Assembly (NCBI GenBank): GCA_030167865.1 | Contig: JALAGF010001916.1 | Coordinates: 62,001 to 89,280, forward strand | DNA: 27,280 nucleotides | From: Craspedostauros australis | Lineage: Eukaryota | Direction: 5' to 3' | In this document: positions 20,282 to 27,280 of the stretch, one piece after another | Layout: each line of letters opens with the position of its first letter | Position numbering within the stretch: position 1 is the stretch's first letter | Notes under the pieces: generated by a model | What the model was told of the DNA's origin: nothing | The model's database searches: none | The model's input: only the letters and a program-made list of their open reading frames with translations | Translations under genes and position numbers: made by a program

Positions 20282-22131
20282 CTACTTCTTTGGTTTGAAG
20301 AATCCCATGAGAGTTCCCTGCTTCATCCCCGTCGGTTTGCTCTTGCCGCTGGTCGACTTTGATTTCGATTTCTTGCTGGATGATGAAGAAGAAGATGATG
20401 CGATGGGCTTCTTCGTCCTCCTCTTGTTGTCCTCCGACCTCAGCTCGTCCTCTGGTATCTCTTCCCACACGGTCTCCATCTTCGTATGAAGGTATCCATT
20501 CTCCATGTAGGTCTTCTCCACGAGACGCTTGCGCCTTGCACGACCTTTCGTCGCTGATGATGCTTGCGAAGAGTTTTGTGACTTGCTGCGATCGACTTGG
20601 TCAGGTTTCTTCTTCGTTGCAAATGCGTCCATCGCACCGTAAACGGTCTCCGATGATGGATCGTCATATTCACAAGCATCATCGTCATCGTCATCGCCAT
20701 CGCCGTCGTCATCCCGTTTATCCTTGCCTTTGCTGTTGTTGTCATCGTCGTTCTGTTCACTGTTATCATCTTCGTCGGCATTGGTTTTCTTGCTCTGAGA
20801 TGCTTGCGAAGCATTGCGCACCATCTTGCGATGAGCAGCCTGTTGCTGACGCTTCTGCTTTTGCTTGGCGAGCAACTTCTCTTCCTCTTCCTCATCCTCA
20901 TCCTCGACGTCACCGATGAAATCATCCGCGTTCCCAATCTTGGCGTTGCTGCTGGTGGTGGTGATGCGTTTGCTGGAGTCCTGCTTGTCGATGTTGGTGG
21001 ATGCCTGTGACGATGTTGGCGGCTTGCGTTCTGCGAGTTTGGAGGGGCTCGAAGGAGTAGAATGCGCTCTCTTCATTTTGGAGACTGATGATGACGATGA
21101 CGACGAGGATGATGCTCCGAGTAATGTTGACTTTTTGGAGGATTGCGACGACTTCATGAAAGCGTCCATCGTGTTGGCTCGTGCCATTGGCTTCGTTCCC
21201 TTCGTGGGTTTGATGGTGGAAGACGTTGTTGTGGAAGTTGCGTTCGTCGGTGATCCATCCTTCCCCTTCCGCTTTCCATTTGGCTTTTCAGCATGCTTGG
21301 AGAAGAACGCTTGCGCAGTTGTCGTTGTCTGCTTTGATACTTTGTTTTTGAATGTTTGGTTGCTGATCCTGCTGTTGGCGGATAGCGAGGAGATGGTAGT
21401 TGGGTTGGCAGGCCGTTGCTTGTTCGGGGCATCCTTCATGCAGTGCTGGATCTGCGGAGATGGCCGAATGGATGCTGCGAAAGCCATGGCAGAACCATCA
21501 GTGTTGGTCTGATCCCGTCGCTTGATCAGATCACGTTCCAAGGCGGTCGATAGAGCTTCAGTTGTCTGCGTCGATGCCAATGCGAAGATGGTCGCCGTGT
21601 TGCTATCGAAATCCTCCAGTGAAGTTACCTCCTTCAACCGGAACACTGCAAACGCAGACGCACGAGGTGTTGCAGTTGGTGGTGAGATGGTGGGGTGGTG
21701 AAAATGGTTGGAGACGGACAGAGAGGTATCACAGAAAGTGATGTATAATATGTGAGAGGAATGTGAGCGTGCGAAACGTCCATCATACAATGTGTACGCG
21801 ATAATATACAACGTTTCGAGCAACGGGGACAGTGCAATGCCCGTCCACCACGCCAACGAATATTGTAATGCCACCCATCTTCGGACGTACCCGTTCCACC
21901 ACCACCACCATCCTTGGGAAGCCTCTGACAAAGCGTGATCTTGACTCCGTGATCACCATCGCCATTGCCATCCTGCTTCTGCATCATGGCCACAGCAACA
22001 TGGTGGAGGATGTCCGATGCCTGTTGGAGGGAAATTTGGAATTCCTGACATGCCCGATGCGATGTGATGCGTTGTTCTTGGCTGCTGGCTCCTGCCAACC
22101 AACTTGCCACCACTGCCTTCGCGGACGACAT
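20282..22131 (-). CDS. POLD3: DNA polymerase delta subunit 3 (POLD3/Cdc27/Pol32); exons 22131-21891 and 21645-20282; ~534 aa
   Basis: C-terminal PIP box KQGTLMGFF and the upstream RKRLVEKTYMENGYLHTKME motif typical of Cdc27/p66. N-terminal winged-helix-like RITSHRACQEFQISLQQASDIL. Intron GTACGT 21890..TGCAG 21646 joins the exons in frame (phase 1). Confidence 0.85.
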
Positions 22132-23062
22132 CGTGTTGGTATTGCTATTGCAGCTGCTACTCCTGTTTCCACTCTTTGTTCTGTTGATGAGACCAATCAA
22201 TGCGATTGCTTGTCTTTCTCAGCACCTGTCTGCTCTGCACTTGTCCAACTCCAAGTTCGCCGTTCCATTTCAATGACCTGCTTCTTGGTCGATGCTCTTG
22301 ATTTGTTTTTTGTTCGTGTGTTTGTGTGTTGTGGATGATGTTGGTGTTCTGTGTGCCGAGGTGCTTGCCACTCACACAAGCGTTTTGCCTGTGCTTTTGG
22401 CGCGCTGGTGTTGCCTTGTATCGTCATTGCCAAATTTGAAATTCAAACAGTCGACAAATTCGAGCTGTGAGCGGACGAAGGAGGGACATCAGCCCAGAGT
22501 TCGCGCCAAAAAGCGACGATCTGAGCGGTCGAAGCGGTCGATGCATGATTCTGGTTTTCGCTTTTTCAATCCGACGAATCGACCAGTGATAGTTTCGCCG
22601 ATTCCTTGCGATGACCTTGTTGTGACAAAATAGTGTGTCTCAACGACACAATATTATTATCGATACGACTCCCGATTGGGTGTCGATGAATGACCGGTGC
22701 AACATTCCCATGCCGTTCGCAACGCCAAAACACGCACAAAAGGCGAGAGGAACGCAAAAGGAGACGAATTTGATGGCGAGAACGGTTTGCGCAGTAGTAG
22801 TAGTCGTAACAGGAAAAACTCCAAACAATCACGGCAACTGTGCGCGAAACGCCGAAAAGGAACAAGAGCGGAGTCTTCTCTTTTTCTCTCTCCGTTGGTT
22901 GGCGGGAGACAACAAACAACCGAAACGAGCAGCAAGAACCAAGAACAACACCAACAGCGATAGCGGCAGTAACAGCAGCAGCCGAACAAGAGACAAGAGG
23001 TGCTCCCACAACAGCACGGCAGCAAGAACAGCATCAACAGCATCAGCAGCAGCGTTGTCAAG

Positions 23063-24892
23063 ATGTGCATCTACGATGTGTACGGACCATGGTACGTCCT
23101 GTTAGGTTGGATGCGAACAATTCCACATCGGCCGCATCGTTCGCGTTGGCGTTGGTGCACGGAGATGGCGGTCAGAGAGCTCGGACGCTGAACGGAATGG
23201 CCGTCACCAACATGGCGATGAGGTTCTGATGGAGAGACACAGCGGCCGAAGACGGTTGTCATCGTTGGGAACCGCAAAACGGGACCTGCGATGGCCAGCA
23301 AGGATTACTCGAGACGATCACAACGGACGCGCGCATACACGCACAAACACACACATCACCCTGCAGGGCATCCCTCGCCTATTTGCCTCAGTCATCACCA
23401 AATTGCCAGTCATTCTGCGTGATTCTGCACGAACTTCCATTCTTTCATCAAGGGTGCTGGTATCGAAGAATAGTCGCAACCGGAGCCGTCAGAGCATTAC
23501 CCCATTCCATCTCCGTCCGTCCATCTTTGTCCATGCACTCACCTCAACTGGTTACTATATTGGTACTCTACTGCTCTTGGGCGCTTCCATTCTATTCTCT
23601 GATGCGCTCACCGTCCCGTACCGCGTTCACTCTTGCCTTCCATCACTGTTGCGTTCCATTTCTCACGACATCGCATCCAACCCCACCACACCAACGGCAC
23701 AAATGATGCCGCCTATGGCAACTTTCGTATTGAATGATGCGCACATGCCAACGGCCAATACATACTCTACATACTAATACTCCGCAGCTCCTGTCCGCAC
23801 GGGCGGTGCTTCACATTGCTGGCGCAGTGTTTCACCATCAGCTCCTTCGTCACGTCCGTGATCTGCATCTCGTCATGCTACTACATGTACGTGCGCCCCA
23901 TCCCAGAGGAGGGAGAGCAGGAGGAAGCGAGGGAAGGTTTCGGGTACATGGCGCGTCAGGCCGGAACGCTGGAGCCCAGCGACTACCAAACCTGCGTCTT
24001 CTACAATGGCAATGAAAAGGAGCAGTACTTCGACTCCATGTGGCGTGCAGGAAAGGCAATGGCCTTCATCGCCACCATCGTGGGCTTCTTCGTCATGTGC
24101 ATCATCATGTGCACCTGCTGCGTTGCCTTCGAGCTCCCAACCTTCGACGGGCTCTTCTGGACCTGCATGTTCTGCTTCGTTTGCCAGTCGCTCACCTTCC
24201 TTGCTTGGGGCAGCGACCTTTGCGACGACTACGAATGCACCTGGTCCACGGGAACCGGCATGAACATCACGGCGGCCATGCTCTGGATCTGGGCTGCCAA
24301 CATGATCAAATCCTTCCCGGAAGCCCTGCCACCACGCGGCCGAGGCAACGACGCTCCGAAGCAACCAATGTACGAGGACGATCCAAGCATGTACGACGAT
24401 GCATCCTCCCCGTACATGCCACAGAGCCAGCGCGACATGTACGATGACGAGTACACCGACAGCGGCACATCGTACCGTGACGGTCAAAGCTACCCCGGCC
24501 AGAGCTTCCGCAGCGACGCCAGCGATTACACAGATGGCGATAACGGCACCTACTACTCGAACCAAGACCCGAACGCCCCGCAATCCTACAATAGCTCGCA
24601 GCAGGGCAGCGAGAACCCCTACAACAACTACGTCAACAACGACTACGACGATCCATCCGAACGCCAGGCGCATTACGAGGATGATGACTTTGACGCCAAC
24701 TCCCACTTCCGCCAATCATGGAACAGCAACTCGGTGGACAAGGAGCAGGACTTTGACGGTCAGAACAACTCCAATTACTTCGAGAACGACGGTCAGTCGC
24801 AGCAAGACCTGTCGCAGGAGGAGAGGGAGTTCATGGGATCCGCGCAGGACCCACAGCAGCAGAAGAGCCAGCAATACGACTTCAACAGCTGA
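23063..24892 (+). CDS. Claudin-like four-TM membrane protein with a long acidic Y/D/Q-rich tail; exons 23063-23091 and 23788-24892; ~377 aa
   Basis: Four hydrophobic segments with Cys-containing loops (GFG..., LCDDYECTWSTG). Donor GTACGT at 23092, branch TACTAAT at 23772-23778, acceptor CAG at 23787. Splicing gives MCIYDVYGPCSCPHGRCFTLLAQ in frame. Confidence 0.78.
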
Positions 24893-25669
24893 GCCGTCAA
24901 CGGACCGCAGTCATCGTTGTGATTGTGATTGTGATTGCAGTTGGCGACGTGGCAAGAGGAACAATGCCAGCAACGAGGACCCATGTGGCAATTCGCCGTT
25001 GCTGCGGACTCTTTATGGTACTCCACTCATACGAATCTTGCGTGTAGCAAGGCAAAGAAGATCGCAATCATTCCCATTTTCAATAACATTAAAAACAAAC
25101 TTGTGCATGCAATCCTCAGTGGCAGCTTCTGCGACTGGAGAGCACTGGTTTGCTTCGGCGTAGCCACGCGACGCTCGTGCAAGCGGTGGTGATCTTTACG
25201 AGTACTCCAGAATAGTGTGGTATGTGACCCTGCCTTCGATTATATTCATACTACTCCTGTGTATTGTAGTCGTACGTATGAAACGGATGCGATCTACCCA
25301 AGCCTGACAATGACACCCTCTCTACACACATCTCTTCAGCCTCACATCTTTCCACACGTAACGGTCGAATGAATCAAAGTCCTCCACTCATGTCTCGTTC
25401 GCGCGCCAACAAACACGTCAACACGATGACGAATCGACCAAAACAGCGAACCGAACGCAACGTCGGCTTCATTCTGTTCTTCCACTTCGCGAGAAACGAT
25501 CACTGCGCGATACACTCGACACTTTCTTCCAAACTCGTGTTCCCACGCTCGTCTTCTGACGCCCTCTCTTCTGCTCCCACAAAACAAGGGAGGAGACCAT
25601 TTCCGTCTCTGCTCATCACCCATCAAATAACACACGTCACGCATTCCCATCGCCCTCACACGATCGAAG

Positions 25670-27280
25670 ATGGCTCCGAAAAACGCGGAGGAAGCCGAAG
25701 CGTCCACAGAAACATCACGCCTCCTCTGGACAACAAGTCAAGATGACAGCACGTCATTCCGATCGGACGACATGGAGGGAGATGAATCGATATCCTGGGA
25801 TCGATTCTCCGTTGAAGTTCAGAAGCAGCTGGAGCTGGCAGTCCCGTCGATGCAGAGCGCTATCCTCAACAAGCTGCCCTGGCTCATCTCCATCCGATTC
25901 GCAGGTGGGTTGGGCGCCAATGAGCTGACAGCGGCCGCGCTGGCAACATCGCTCAGCAACATCATTGGGATGAGCTTTTCGAGCGGTTTGAATTCGGCAA
26001 CGACGACGCTCGCTGGTCAATCCACCGGAGAGATGACCGCCAGGCTCGAGGCGATGAAAGCTCGGGTTGGCTCCGGCACGGACGATTCGGCCGTCCCGGA
26101 TTCTGCGCAGTTCACAGTGGCGACAGTCCCAATGGATGATGCAGATGCAGGTGCAGGTGCTTTGAGAACAGGGGACGACGCGCCACTTCCACCAATGGTC
26201 GTCTTCTTCAGAGCGCTGATTATCCAGCACGTCATCTTGCTACCATTCGTAATCTGGTGGCTCTCTGGTACCAAGGACTTCCTCTTGGAGCTGGGACAAA
26301 CGGAGGTGATCGCTAGCATGTCATCCGACTATCTCAGGGTACTAGCAGCAGCCTTCTGGGGACTTTGTCTCGTCTTCACATTGACGACATGGCTTCAAAG
26401 CATCGGGATGGTCGACGTACCACTGTATGCATCATGCATCACCTTGGCTTTGCATGTACCGCTCAACTGGTTCTTCATCTACTTTCTGGGGCTGGGTTAC
26501 ATCGGTTGTGCGGTCGCAACAAGCTGCTTCCAAGTGTCGCAATCGGCCATCATGGCAGCGTACGTTTTCGGTACCGAGCACGGACGGCAACGTGTCCTCG
26601 AGAGCACCTCCGCAATCGCGATCAACAAGACGAAGCTGACGTTCTGGCCCGAATTCAAGGCTGCCATATCATCGCTCTATGGCATCATCCAATACCTCGT
26701 CCTGGCGGTGCCGGGCATCTTCGCTTTCGCGGAATTGTGGTCGTCCGAAACGATCGTCATCCTTGCAGGGCAACTTTCGCCCAGTCCGGAATCAGCGCTC
26801 GGTGGGATGAGCCTGTTCCAATCCATCAACGTGACCTGCTTCTCGTTGTCCATGGGAATTGGAATTGCAGGGGCCACCAGAGTCAGCAACCTCTTGGGAG
26901 AAGGCAAGGCACACGCCGCCAAATTTGCAGGCACTGTCTGCACTTTGTGCACAGTCGCGCTCACCCTCACCCTTGGCACGATCTTGATGGCAGTCCCCCA
27001 CACCTTCTTCCCATCACTCTTCGCACCCGGCGAAGATGGTGTCGTCGACGAGGCTGCGCAAACAATCCCATTGCTCGCCGTTTACATCTTCGCCGACGGC
27101 GTGCTGTACGCATTCAACAGCACCCTCAAGGGATGCGGCAAACAGTGGATCAGCGTGCCTGTCGTCTTCTTCTCGTACTGGTTCGTTGGCCTGCCCTTGG
27201 CCTACTACAACGCATTCGTGCGCAATGATGGGGACATGACATGCGAAGATGACTATTTCTGCGGCGTAGTTGGCCTTCTG
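25670..27280 (+). CDS. MATE (multidrug and toxic compound extrusion) transporter, 3'-partial
   Basis: Frame from ATG 25670 is absent from the track because it runs off the end. Motifs ELTAAALATSLSNIIG..GLNSATTTLAGQSTG, LLELGQ, LHVPLNWFFIYFLGLGYIGCAVAT, AELWSSE and ATRVSNLLGEG. Confidence 0.92.
   Translation, partial: MAPKNAEEAEASTETSRLLWTTSQDDSTSFRSDDMEGDESISWDRFSVEVQKQLELAVPSMQSAILNKLPWLISIRFAGGLGANELTAAALATSLSNIIGMSFSSGLNSATTTLAGQSTGEMTARLEAMKARVGSGTDDSAVPDSAQFTVATVPMDDADAGAGALRTGDDAPLPPMVVFFRALIIQHVILLPFVIWWLSGTKDFLLELGQTEVIASMSSDYLRVLAAAFWGLCLVFTLTTWLQSIGMVDVPLYASCITLALHVPLNWFFIYFLGLGYIGCAVATSCFQVSQSAIMAAYVFGTEHGRQRVLESTSAIAINKTKLTFWPEFKAAISSLYGIIQYLVLAVPGIFAFAELWSSETIVILAGQLSPSPESALGGMSLFQSINVTCFSLSMGIGIAGATRVSNLLGEGKAHAAKFAGTVCTLCTVALTLTLGTILMAVPHTFFPSLFAPGEDGVVDEAAQTIPLLAVYIFADGVLYAFNSTLKGCGKQWISVPVVFFSYWFVGLPLAYYNAFVRNDGDMTCEDDYFCGVVGLL

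Noticed and set aside
21646-21931. Trp-rich N-terminus (MSEASQGWWWWW...) of the 549-aa minus ORF
   Set aside because: Read-through of the POLD3 intron plus an off-frame part of exon 1; the spliced model gives a more plausible N-terminus.
26365-27228. 287-aa + strand ORF in the track
   Set aside because: An alternative frame overlapping the clear MATE reading frame; Arg/His-rich with no recognisable motif.

Overview
Eukaryotic, gene-dense genomic DNA with GT-AG introns (GTAAGT/GTACGT/GTTCGT donors). Gene content and splice style point to a diatom or other stramenopile (inference). Left to right: a possible 3' gene tail (to 254); a truncated, internally rearranged copia-type (CoDi-like) LTR retrotransposon remnant on the minus strand (~650-2439); a 3-exon gene encoding a CCR4/nocturnin-family EEP nuclease with an entire Mut7-C (PIN-like + Zn ribbon) domain inserted inside its catalytic fold (2676-5694); a single-pass membrane protein; PEX11; a 2-exon 73-aa NHP6-like HMG-box gene missing from the ORF track; an intronless 2750-aa protein (disordered N-terminus, ankyrin-like region, Roco COR-B-like domain with no visible GTPase, coiled coil); POLD3/Cdc27 with a PIP box; a claudin-like tetraspan protein; and a MATE transporter running off the end. 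The most notable items are the EEP::Mut7-C nested fusion, with a stop-free in-frame intron inside the Mut7-C domain, and the orphan COR-like giant protein. All family assignments come from manual motif recognition, not database searches.
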